Origin: Octopus bimaculoides
Lineage: Eukaryota
Assembly: GCF_001194135.2 (NCBI RefSeq)
Contig: NC_068996.1
Span: 21,493,176 to 21,531,532 of the forward strand
Length of the DNA: 38,357 nucleotides
Reading direction: 5' to 3'
Shown: one piece after another, positions 24,902 to 38,357 of the stretch
Position numbering within the stretch: the stretch's first letter is position 1
How the letters are laid out: every line of letters begins with the position of its first letter
Translations under genes and position numbers: made by a program
The notes under the pieces: model-generated
What the model was told of the DNA's origin: nothing
Databases searched by the model: none
What the model saw: only the letters and a program-made list of their open reading frames with translations

Positions 24902-25678
24902 AAGGAGGTGAGCTGGCAGAATCGTTAGCATGCCGGGCGAAATACTTTGTGGTATTTCGTCTGTCTTCAAGTTCTGAGTTCAAATACCGCCGGGGTCGAC
25001 TTTGCCTTTCATCCTTTCGGGGTCGATAAATTAAGTGCCAGTTACGCATTGGGATCGATGTAATCGACTAGTCCCCCTCCCCACAAATTTCAGGCCTATA
25101 ATAGAAAGGGTTATTATTAAGATTATTATTACTAAGGCAGTTACCGGACATAATCATTAGCGCACCGGACAAAATGCTTAGCGGCATTTCATCTGACTTT
25201 ACGTTCTAAGATCAAATGCTGCCGCGGTCGACTTTGCCGTTCATCTTTTCGGGGTCGATGAAATAAGTATCAGTTAAGTACTAGGGTAAATATAATAGAC
25301 TAAACCCTTTCCCGTAAATTGCAGGCTTTGTGCCTGTAGTAGAAAGGATGGCGGCATTTCATCTGTCTTTATGTTCTAAGTTTAAATTCCGCGCTGATCA
25401 ACTTTGCCTTTCATACTTTCCCGACCGATAAGGTAATTAGCAGTTGTAATCGACATGCCCTTGTGCCAAAATAAGAAAGAATTATTACTGGAGGAATCGT
25501 TAGCACGCTGGACAAAATACTTTGCAACATTTCTTCTGGCTCTTTACATTCCGAGTTTAAATTCCGCCGAGGTCGATTTTGCCTTTCATCTTTCCTGTGT
25601 CGATAAAATGAGTAGCACTCAATTACTGGGGTCGATGCAATCGACTAATCCTCTCAAAATTTCAGCTCACATACCTAT
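24902..25678 (+). mobile_element. Head-to-tail array of four SINE family A copies (about 24902-25115, 25132-25348, 25350-25480, 25490-25678)
   Basis: The core GACTTTGCCTTTCATC...GTCGAT recurs four times in the same orientation. Confidence 0.87.
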
Positions 25679-25916
25679 AGGGGGTTCCTATAAGGTTGTT
25701 ATCCACCCCTGATTGGAACTCTCCCGTATGACATGTACGCATGCTCAGTGACTTGCTTTAACTTCCGCAGACGACTCACATACTGTACTGACCGGTTCGG
25801 CAAAGTTATTTCACTACATAGATATCCTGCAAACGTAGCTATTCGTCGTATTTGGCTTCAGAGATCGAGACTTGTGAGGAAAGACTTTGTTTACACTGCA
25901 AATAGCCAAATGTGTT

Positions 25917-26035
25917 ATTTCTTTACTACCCACAAGGGGCTACACACAGAGGGGACAAACAAGGACAGACAAACGGATTAAGTCGATTATACCGACCCCA
26001 GTGCGTAACTGGTACTTATTTAATCGACCCCGAAA
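25917..26035 (-). mobile_element. 3' part of a SINE family A copy inserted in the THAP exon (first of two duplicated copies), cut by a 10-N gap
   Basis: Reverse complement reads TTTCGGGGTCGATTAAATAAGTACCAGTTACGCACTGGGGTCG...AATCGACTTAATCC plus tail. Confidence 0.85.
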
Positions 26036-26139
26036 NNNNNNNNNNAATCGACTAATCCTCTCAAAATTTCAGCTCACATACCTATAGGGGGTTCCTATAA
26101 GGTTGTTATCCACCCCTGATTGGAACTCTCCCGTATGAC

Positions 26140-26406
26140 ATGTACGCATGCTCAGTGACTTGCTTTAACTTCCGCAGACGACTCACATACTGTACTGACC
26201 GGTTCGGCAAAGTTATTTCACTACATAGATATCCTGCAAACGTAGCTATTCGTCGTATTTGGCTTCAGAGATCGAGACTTGTGAGGAAAGACTTTGTTTA
26301 CACTGCAAATAGCCAAATGTGTTCCCAGCATTTCGTCAATTTTAATGGACTATCGAAAGATCACCCCTTGCCATCCGTTTTTCCAAACAAAGTATTTAAA
26401 ATATCA
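26140..26406 (+). CDS. THAP zinc-finger exon of the transposon (probable transposase N-terminus)
   Basis: MYACSVTCFN...KVISLHRYP...RRIW...SQMCSQHF...PLPSVFP has the C2CH plus P/W/F/P THAP signature. Ends at a canonical donor ATATCA|GTAAGT (26407). Confidence 0.78.
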
Positions 26407-26864
26407 GTAAGTGCATGATCATATACGCAGTTAGTAGATGAGTAAAATGTCTCTTTGATTTATCTCCTCATGAACAGATTAGAACATGTTAAAATTCAAG
26501 AGAGAAACAAATTCGAGTGGTGTACGTTGGGCTAAACACGAATGTTTAATCTAATAATTGTTGTGTTGATGTACAGGTATTATTAATAAAGAATTTTGCA
26601 TTCAAATAATAAATACATTGAAATTGTTGTTANNNNNNNNNNNNNNNNNNNNNNNNNNNNNNNNNNNNNNNNNNNNNNNNNNNNNNNNNNNNNNNNNNNN
26701 NNNNNNNNNNNNNNNNNNNNNNNNNNNNNNNNNNNNNNNNNNNNNNNNNNNNNNNNNNNNNNNNNNNNNNNNNNNNNNNNNNNNNNNNNNNNNNNNNNNN
26801 NNNNNNNNNNNNNNNNNNNNNNNNNNNNNNNNNNNNNNNNNNNNNNNNNNNNNNNNNNNNNNNN

Positions 26865-27122
26865 TAGATCATGCAATACTTCACCGAGAGGAGATATAAA
26901 CTTCTGCTTATTCCTGTCTGAAGTATCGTCCGATACTTCAGACTTATCGTCCGATGAATATACTTTGTTGACATTCATCGACAGAATTTTTATTCCTTTC
27001 AACCTTTCAGTCAAGTCCGCCTTTCTTCCAGTAACATACTGTCCATATAATCTTAAATATTTCTTTAACTCAGGCACAGTAAGTACTTCGATAGCTGAAT
27101 CATCAAGCTGCTTTATATCCAT
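26865..27122 (-). CDS. SAP-domain N-terminus of the second, convergent transposon gene; runs into N gap
   Basis: LTVPELKKYLRLYGQYVTGRKADLTERL fits the SAP consensus. 86 open codons before the gap. Confidence 0.72.
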
Positions 27123-27899
27123 GATAAGACGTAAAACAATAACAATGGCGTGGGTAGTCTCCGGAAGTTTAATTATCTACATGGAGTGCCGCCTAGCCAA
27201 GGGAGATAACCTACTTATAGGAAAGCCCTATAGTTGAAAAAATTTATTGTTACTTTGACGTTGTAATCGCCTCTGCTTTCTGCCTAAAATGAGTGGCGTT
27301 GTACCAACATTAGATATTGTTTTATTATGATTATTCGACGACTACGCGGTGCACGTATCTATTGATCCAGATCACTCCCCTGTGTTGTTTCGGAAATGCA
27401 TCGATCTAGAGTTACAGACAATTTTCCTAGACCAGGTTATTAAGTGAACAGCAACGAAAGCAGTGCCTTCAAATTAAAGGCCATTTATGATTCAAATGTG
27501 AGAAGCCATCGGATTTCTGCAGGCACATAGAAGCGTTCTTGGGGTCGTATCGATCTTTAACACTAGGGAACTGAAATGTCGTTTTATATGCACATTAGGA
27601 TTAAAGTGGGATTAGTCGTTCTGAAAGATGAGTGTAAAAGCCTCACAGATCCACTCAGACAGTTTTAACTTTCTGAGGATAACAACTAGATTTCATTAAT
27701 ATGTTAGTGTGGACAAGGTCTAACCGAATCACCCAGATCATATCTACTGTTCTTATATAGTTAGCGGAGACAAATTGTGTGTGATGTCCATATTTTCAAA
27801 TGGTCAGCTACATAGAACACAAATTTATGGTCCGTACGGTCGACCTATATAGGCATAGACTCAGTTACTGGAAGCTGGACATGTTGACCTCGGCGAACA

Positions 27900-29170
27900 A
27901 AGCTTGTAGTGCATCAAGTGTGTCCTTTCTCCTCTTTCCTGTAGGTAGCTGAAAGTTTTGAGGTGCATCCCATTCACCCTAGAATGAGGAGAAAACTGTA
28001 TCAATATACGCAGACGAAGTCACCGTAATAGTGTCAGACACAATAGAGAAATCGACGTAATCGGCACAGTTCTAAAAGAATAAAAACCGGTAACAAGAGT
28101 AGACATTAAACCGGATAAGTTGGCGGCCTTGCAACTCAGCATATGGAGAGCTACTTCATACCAGCCGTGTCGTGTGATGCTGAACCGAAGATTTAATAAT
28201 ACTGCTTGGGAACTGGTTTGGTCCGAACTACCAGCTGAATAGCAACCGGGAGGAAGTTATTAGCAGGGTAGCCAATCTTACTTGAAAATGACCCGAGAGG
28301 AAAATCTCCCTGAAAGATCTGTCAGGAGTGGAGAACGTGTATATCATCGCCTGACCGTCCAGTATTGCTTTGACGATCATTTGACCTGATTTGAGCCTCT
28401 GCTCTTTCTTTTCTTAATGAAGGTACGCATTCCATTGAATAGATAGTCCATCTGCTGCCAACACACTTTCTCCGATGATACGTAGACATGTTCTGAAGTT
28501 TCAGCATTTGTAAACATTCCTGAACAGTGAGCAGTTGTGGGGGCTTTTTGTCTGGTAGATTTATTCCATAGCTCGTCTCATTGATCGAGCTATCTCATTA
28601 ATCGAACTACAATTCTTGGTCAAGCAAAAGACATAACTATGCACCAAGTATCTGGAATGCTATTAGTCACTCACAAGCCTCTGCAACCAATGAAATTTCT
28701 ACGTAGCTTTTTATCGAGGAAAAATAGTAAAGAAGTGTTGTAGCGGATCTATCTGATCTGTTTGAGAGGATTTTCAGTCCAATGACTGTGGATAACTTCC
28801 ACAATCACTAGTCCGGATGTGCTATTGAAGGAAATCGCTGGTTTGTGGAAAACGTTACGACTTCACCATTACCGGTAGAGGACCTGTCTGGCGTGGATAC
28901 AGTCACAAAACAGTTCTGTACGCGATTGTTTAACGCCTGGGTATTACTGTACTGCAGTGTAGGGCAGATCCAGTTATCGACCGAGTCTGTCGTGAAGTTC
29001 AACCCACTACCCTTCTTTTGTTGGAAATAGCAAGTTGTTTGTCTCTGATAGCTATGGCGAAAAAGGTAATATGCTGGACGCAACAGAAAGAACTATTGTC
29101 AGATATTTTCTTCTTCGGTCAAGCTCTCATTGACCTTTCAAGATCCACGTAGAAAGTGGGGTGATGTCTA
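27900..29170 (+). mobile_element. Old, heavily decayed Tx1-like LINE relic (RT end to C-terminus)
   Basis: Colinear by eye with the 9905-12222 element: YADEVTVIVSD; GNWFGPNYQLNSNREEVISRV; CGCCTGACCGTC vs CGCTTGACCGTC; GTGGATAACTTCCA vs ATGGATAATTTCCA; GCGAAAAAGGTAATATGCTGGACG vs GCGAAAGAGGTTGTATGGTGGACG. Confidence 0.72.
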
Positions 29171-29811
29171 ACAGTAAATTTATCAAAAGGTGAGTAACAG
29201 TTGCGAACACAGACTGATTGATTGTTCCTGTAAGCTGGAGGTGTGCTCTTGCTGTTGGTTTCAGGGTTGGGTGTATATGTGTGCGTGCGCGAGCGCGTCT
29301 AACATCAATATATGTATGTATAGATCTTATACACACACATATTTATATCTTACATTTATATATGTGCGTATAGATATTCACATATACGTACATGTATCTC
29401 ACCATCAAATCACGTGTCAACTGCCAAAGTAACCCCTCTTCACACACGTTCTTATACTCCAGATTTTCCACCAACTTCTATAATTCACTGTGACCACAGT
29501 CCCGTTGTGCATCAGGCTCACAGGTTGTGATTCATCTTTCTGCACGAATCATTTCATCCATTTACTAATGATTCGTATCAGCTGTCGCAGTTGATAGTCT
29601 CTCCACTGTGTAGTTTTTGTCTTCAATGCTGGTTTCCCCTTCTTTAAACTTATTCATGCCTCTATGCACATTATTCTTGCTTTAACATTTTTACAATTCG
29701 TTTTCGTAAGAATTTCAGCGTGAAGCATACATCCACACTAAATATTTCTTAGAATGAACTGTTGGTAACCCATATAGACTTACTCAAAAGATATAAGGTG
29801 ACGGTTATAAG

Positions 29812-29972
29812 CTAAACTTCACAGTTATACAAGAGAGTGGTGACACAGAGCACTTGATAAATGATGATTTTTGAGGAAGAATTGACATTCTTGTTTGGAA
29901 AGAATGAGCTGACGTCTTCAAAAGCAGTCAATGCCTGTTTGATCCCAAATGATGTTGGTAATGCTGCCATTC
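29812..29972 (-). mobile_element. RTE-clade LINE fragment (post-RT region)
   Basis: [42 protein letters not shown] resembles the RTE A-x-AF...K-x2-VY...TLLYGCE motif. Confidence 0.65.
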
Positions 29973-30048
29973 TCGGGCATACATACATACATACATACAT
30001 ACATACATACATACATACATACATACATACATACAGACATGTGTGTTA

Positions 30049-30428
30049 GCACTCCGTCGTTTACGACGTCGAGGGTTCCAGTTGATCCGATCAACGGAAC
30101 AGCCTGCTCGTGAAATTAACGTGCAAGTGGCTGAGCACTCCACAGGCACGTGTACCCTTAACGTAGTTCTTGGGGATATTCAGCGTGACACAGAGTGTGA
30201 CAAGGCCGACCCTTTCAATTACAGGCACAACAGAAACAGGAAGGAAGAGTGAGAGAAAGTTGTGGTGAAAGAGTACAGCAGGTCTCGCCACCATCCCCTG
30301 CCGGAGCCTCGTGGAGCTTTTAGGTGTTTTCGCTCAATAAACACTCACAACGCGCGGTCTGAGAATTGAAACCGAGATCCTATGACCGCGAGTCCGCTGC
30401 CCTAACCACTGGGCCATTGCGCCTCCAC
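30049..30428 (-). mobile_element. Full-length SINE family B with head type 2 (about 380 bp), embedded in (ACAT)n
   Basis: A box TGGCCCAGTGG, B-box-like GGTTTCAATTC, shared B tail; (ACAT)n on both sides. Confidence 0.9.
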
Positions 30429-30504
30429 ACATACATACATACATACATACAAACATACATACATACATACATACATACATACATACATACATACATACAC
30501 CCAC

Positions 30505-31440
<936 letters not shown>

Positions 31441-31659
31441 ATATATATGCACATGTCTAGACATATAACTATATTTTATAAGTATACATACACCAAATAA
31501 AATATACAGATCTGTTCATGCACAGACTCCAAATACTTGCACGTATACATAATACATTGACAACTACCCTGCTTGTATTAATGTAATTGCAATGAATCAT
31601 TGAAACTAGGTTAGAAACCGGCTCTTTCCGCATTGGCGAGAAATCTAGTAATAAAACTA

Positions 31660-33806
<2,147 letters not shown>

Positions 33807-34224
33807 ATGCCTCGGCTTAATCTAATATGTTCTTTTAATAAGAAGCTTTTGTTTCGTGTCTCTGCAGAAATGTCCTCTTTTATATATTTATGTATTCATC
33901 ATATCTGTTTCCATCATACTTCTAGTTTAGACGGAAACATATTTTTGTAGCTGATTTATTAAAAATACAAGAGACGAATAAATAGGCTGTATTAAATGTA
34001 CATTATTCCTTTTGAGACGGTGAGAAAATTAAAATGGCTTTGAGTGCAGCAAATTTTAAACAAATAAAAAAAAAACAAAGCAAAACAAAAAAACAAAAAA
34101 GGTAAATTTAAAATGAACATTTGTCGAGTGCGAATGAAAATTGTGTTGTTGATTACACCCGCGTCGTTTACATTTGAAATTCAATAGAACGCACTTGTAA
34201 TTATAATTATTGTTAGCTACATAA

Positions 34225-34355
<131 letters not shown>

Positions 34356-36649
34356 NNNNNNNNNNNNNNNNNNNNNNNNNNNNNNNNNNNNNNNNNNNNN
34401 NNNNNNNNNNNNNNNNNNNNNNNNNNNNNNNNNNNNNNNNNNNNNNNNNNNNNNNNNNNNNNNNNNNNNNNNNNNNNNNNNNNNNNNNNNNNNNNNNNNN
34501 NNNNNNNNNNNNNNNNNNNNNNNNNNNNNNNNNNNNNNNNNNNNNNNNNNNNNNNNNNNNNNNNNNNNNNNNNNNNNNNNNNNNNNNNNNNNNNNNNNNN
34601 NNNNNNNNNNNNNNNNNNNNNNNNNNNNNNNNNNNNNNNNNNNNNNNNNNNNNNNNNNNNNNNNNNNNNNNNNNNNNNNNNNNNNNNNNNNNNNNNNNNN
34701 NNNNNNNNNNNNNNNNNNNNNNNNNNNNNNNNNNNNNNNNNNNNNNNNNNNNNNNNNNNNNNNNNNNNNNNNNNNNNNNNNNNNNNNNNNNNNNNNNNNN
34801 NNNNNNNNNNNNNNNNNNNNNNNNNNNNNNNNNNNNNNNNNNNNNNNNNNNNNNNNNNNNNNNNNNNNNNNNNNNNNNNNNNNNNNNNNNNNNNNNNNNN
34901 NNNNNNNNNNNNNNNNNNNNNNNNNNNNNNNNNNNNNNNNNNNNNNNNNNNNNNNNNNNNNNNNNNNNNNNNNNNNNNNNNNNNNNNNNNNNNNNNNNNN
35001 NNNNNNNNNNNNNNNNNNNNNNTGTGTGTGTGTGTGTGTGTGTGCATGTATACACGCATACATAATTACTGTGTACATTTATACATACAAACTAAAATGT
35101 TGCCTGTCAGTGGTTCTGATGTCTTTTCTGGTGCTCAAAAAGAGTTACAGCGCGTTCAGTTTGACGGCGTCAATATGGAAATCGCCTTGAGACTCTACCT
35201 TCGGAAATTCATATATGCATTTTATTCGCACTTCTAATTATTTCGTGAAAACAAAAATGCGTAGATATGTTAAAGACATATATTTTTTAATATTTATTAC
35301 TAGAAATGATTATGACATGACAAAATAATGCGAAAACATAAATATAAAATAAAAGAATAGAATAAAAGAAAAAAAAATCAATGATGTTATAATACTACTT
35401 CAACTTGGCGTCAATAACAAAATCTTGTTTGTGGACATATTGCCAAAACCGACGATATAATAATAATATTCGTATCGACGAAATCCCAAATTGGACGCAT
35501 ACATGTTAACAGTGAGAAACAATATCCTATCTATCTCATTCTAATCACAGAAACACATGGCTTAAAAGTTCCTCGCTTCTGCAATTAATTCTAGGTTTCT
35601 AAATCACTAATAAACTTTTTTGTTAATCTCATACTTATATCACAGTACTATAATTTGCTTCAAAGACTAGTTTCCTTCTTTGGACTCAGAAGATCGTTCC
35701 ATCCTAAGCAACTTGCAATAGTTTGCACCAAAGACCGGTTTTAGTCTTTGTAGCCAAATCTTTTTGCGCGAAACGACTGCTGTGCTTCATCAAAACTCAA
35801 GTGTGATCCACAAAGGAGTACTTTAATAAACACTTAGGTTTCGCACTCCAAACGGCTATGACTAACTCAATGAGTAACTAACACCTAGAGAAGACATTTA
35901 GTCATGTTTCATGTTACATTCATACTTTGGGCAACGTGGCCTATTTGAGTGAAGTGTTATTATTTGCAGCGATATATCTGGATGTCAGTGGTTTATCTTG
36001 AATTTATTGAAAGAATTTTTCCACGAATTGTTTGAATGTTATAAGGTCATCTTCTTCTCTTATGTGTCATACCATGATGTGGAAGAAAACAAAGCTAGTT
36101 GATGTTGAAATAGTTCTAAGTATTGTGATGTGAGAGAGCTCAATTTTCGAAGAGGAAGAATGGCACGGGACCAAGCTTTGGGTGAATTTTAAAATTGATA
36201 CCAATATAATTTGGGCAACGTTAATGGAAAAGTTTTCACGCCATGCAAATGATATAGCACTCACAGCTGCTACACAAGCAAATACTCTAAACTGCATCAT
36301 GGAAAGCTATATGGTTATTTAGCAAGGGCACACACCAACATATTCCAACCTCTATCCACTAGGCAATCAGTCCCTTCAATTTGCTCTCTCTTCCACTATA
36401 ACAGTAACCCCCCCCCCAATTCACAAGATCTATCTCGTTACATACCTCCTCCACCAAAGCACACCCAGCTCATCTGTCCCTCCTGCCGCCACTCGCTCGG
36501 TATCTCTCCTTCCATCTCCGCACTAAGCACTTCGTATCAGTCCTTCCACACCTCTGCTTTTCCTGCAGACGTTGTCTTATACATGAGTAATCTTAACCTC
36601 AACCGAAACAATTTTACCAGAATCGGAAGTCCTGACAGATGAAAGGTAT

Positions 36650-36717
<68 letters not shown>

Positions 36718-36718
<1 letters not shown>

Positions 36719-37275
36719 TAAGCTCAACTCTGGTAAGCTACCATAACATAAGCCGAGGAAAAGGTATAAAGACTGTGTGAAGGAAAACCTGAAGAAACTA
36801 GATACGAACAAAAGTGATTGGGAAAATGATGTTCTAGATTGGAACAAATGAAGAGGTGCTATTAGGACTGGTTGTAATGCCTGGGAGGATGATTCAGCAC
36901 TCAGCTTAAAAGGGCCTGTCACAAAGAAACAGTTGGAACTGAAATCAAGTGAACATTGGATATGTATTATGCGATAGTGTTCTTTTGTCAAAAGCAGAAT
37001 ACGTGAATCATATGAAATCATATGAAAATCGTAATGCCCAGATAGGTAATGATCTTGGACACCAACCAACTCTTACAACTTGTGTCATGTATCTAAAAAC
37101 TTGTAAGACAATATCTGGACTTAAAGAAAGACATATGCTAGTTCACAAAACGTTCCTTCAGAACCAGATTCTAAAGAGCAAAGATATAGAAGAAACTTGA
37201 ATAATATCTGTCACTTGTGTTTTAAAACCTGTCAGTCAGCAGCTGGTTTTAAAATCCATCTAAGGGCTCATCAAT
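36718..37275 (+). mobile_element. 3' end of an RTE-clade LINE with C-terminal C2H2 zinc fingers
   Basis: GKLP*HKPRKRYKDCVKENLKKL...WENDVLDWNK*RGAI is the RTE C-terminal motif. It is followed by two damaged fingers and one intact finger CHLCFKTCQSAAGFKIHLRAH (37209-37271). Confidence 0.78.
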
Positions 37276-37284
37276 GTAAGGATT

Positions 37285-38357
37285 GTGCTGTGTGATCGCA
37301 CCCCCACAATTTACTTCCTCCCCAAAATCCACAAACCTAATAACCCTGGCCGCCCCATCATCTCCGCCTGCAACTGCCCCACCGAACTCATCTCCAGATA
37401 TCTTGACCGTGTCCTTGCCCTCCTAGTGGCTTCCCTCCCCTCTCACATCCATGACACCAACCATGCGCTTCGTTTGTTCAACTCTTTCTCCTGGCCCCTC
37501 TAAACTTCTCTTTACTCTTGACATCCAGAGCCTTTACATGTTGATCCCTCACCACGAGAGGCTGAGTGCACTCCAACATTTCCTTGACCTTCGACTCAAC
37601 CCCCAACCTAACACATCCACGCTCGTTCGTCTGGTCAAACTTATCCTCTCACTAAACTGCTTCTCGTTCGCTGATGATTTTTACCAGCACTCTCGGGAGT
37701 GGCCATGGGAACGAGAATGGGCCCCAACTATGCGAACCTGTTCGTTGGCTACGTTGAGGCCCAAATATTCTCAAGTTTCATTGGTCCCACTCCCGAACTA
37801 TACGGCCGTTATATTGACGATTGTATCGGTGTGACCTCACTCTCCTGCGAACATCTAGACTCCTTCCTCTCTTTTGTCAAATCTTTCTATCCTGCCCTCC
37901 ACTTTTCCTGCACTATCTCTGACACTTCTGTCTCCTTTCTTGACATTTCGGTCAGCATTCATCACTCCACTCTCACCACCTCCATCCGCTACAAACACAC
38001 AGACTCATATTCATACCTCAACTTCTCCTCCGCCCACCCTAAAAACACCAAGCTCTCCATCTCCTATTTCCAATTCCTCCATCTACGCAGGCTCTGCAGT
38101 GACGACCATGACTTTGAGACTCAGTCTCAACTCATGGCTCGCCACTTCATCCTACGTGGATATCCCCTCACCACTATCCACACCGCCCTTACCAGAGCAC
38201 GTTCTGTGGACCGTGCATCTGCTCTCCCCCACCCTCGCCGTCTCTCGTTTCCCCTCACCTACCACCCCACCATCCTACCTCCAACGCACCATTCTCCGAG
38301 CCTTCCGGCGATTCCAGTCCGACCCCTCCACTTCGCATATCTTTCCTAACCCTTCTC
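37285..38357 (+). mobile_element. Penelope-like element reverse transcriptase, 5'-truncated and frameshifted, continues past the window
   Basis: TPTIYFLPKIHKPNNPGRPIISACNCPTELIS; FTLDIQSLY; MAMGTRMGPNYANLFVG; YGRYIDDC (YIDD 37810-37821); YKHTDSYSYLNFSSAHP. Confidence 0.92.

Larger units (their letters stand above)
26086..27229. mobile_element. ISL2EU/PIF-Harbinger-like DNA transposon, internally deleted or gapped
   Basis: Imperfect ~30-bp TIRs (left AGGGGGTTCCTATAAGGTTGTTATC; right reverse complement AGGGCTTTCCTATAAGTAGGTTATC). AT at 26084-26085 and 27230-27231. Removing it restores a SINE-A tail (CCTAT-AGTTGAAA versus CCTATAGTAGAAAG). Confidence 0.72.

Noticed and set aside
35098-35237. QFDGVNMEIALRLYLRKF resembling a Sec7-domain helix
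   Set aside because: The following LPGE-type motif is absent and there is no suitable GT donor before the stop; probably chance.
36300-36612. C-rich segment ending in CCGAAAC, a possible 3' pLTR of a Penelope element (similar C-rich DNA at 17.5-18.5 kb)
   Set aside because: Composition is suggestive only; no GIY-YIG or hammerhead motif could be read with confidence.

Overview
AT-rich, microsatellite-laden eukaryotic DNA with eight large N gaps. I found no convincing host-gene exon. The repeat types resemble octopus/coleoid cephalopod DNA (inference, not tested). The readable sequence is almost all mobile-element debris: five R4/Dong-type non-LTR retrotransposon fragments (four beside TAA tracts), three Tx1/L1-like LINE fragments, a mariner relic, two RTE fragments, a Penelope-like RT, a Gypsy integrase fragment, a Helentron/DINE-1-like end and about a dozen tRNA-derived SINEs. 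Most listed ORFs are microsatellite or N-gap artefacts. The three best observations are: (1) a 336-bp element combining a tRNA-like Pol III head, a hammerhead-ribozyme core and a Penelope-style inverted tail, with a 12-bp target duplication (2222-2581); (2) an ISL2EU/Harbinger-like DNA transposon with TIRs, AT duplication and convergent THAP and SAP exons (26086-27229); (3) an internal Tx1 fragment captured inside an R4 element between 11-bp direct repeats. All calls come from reading the sequence by eye; no searches were run.
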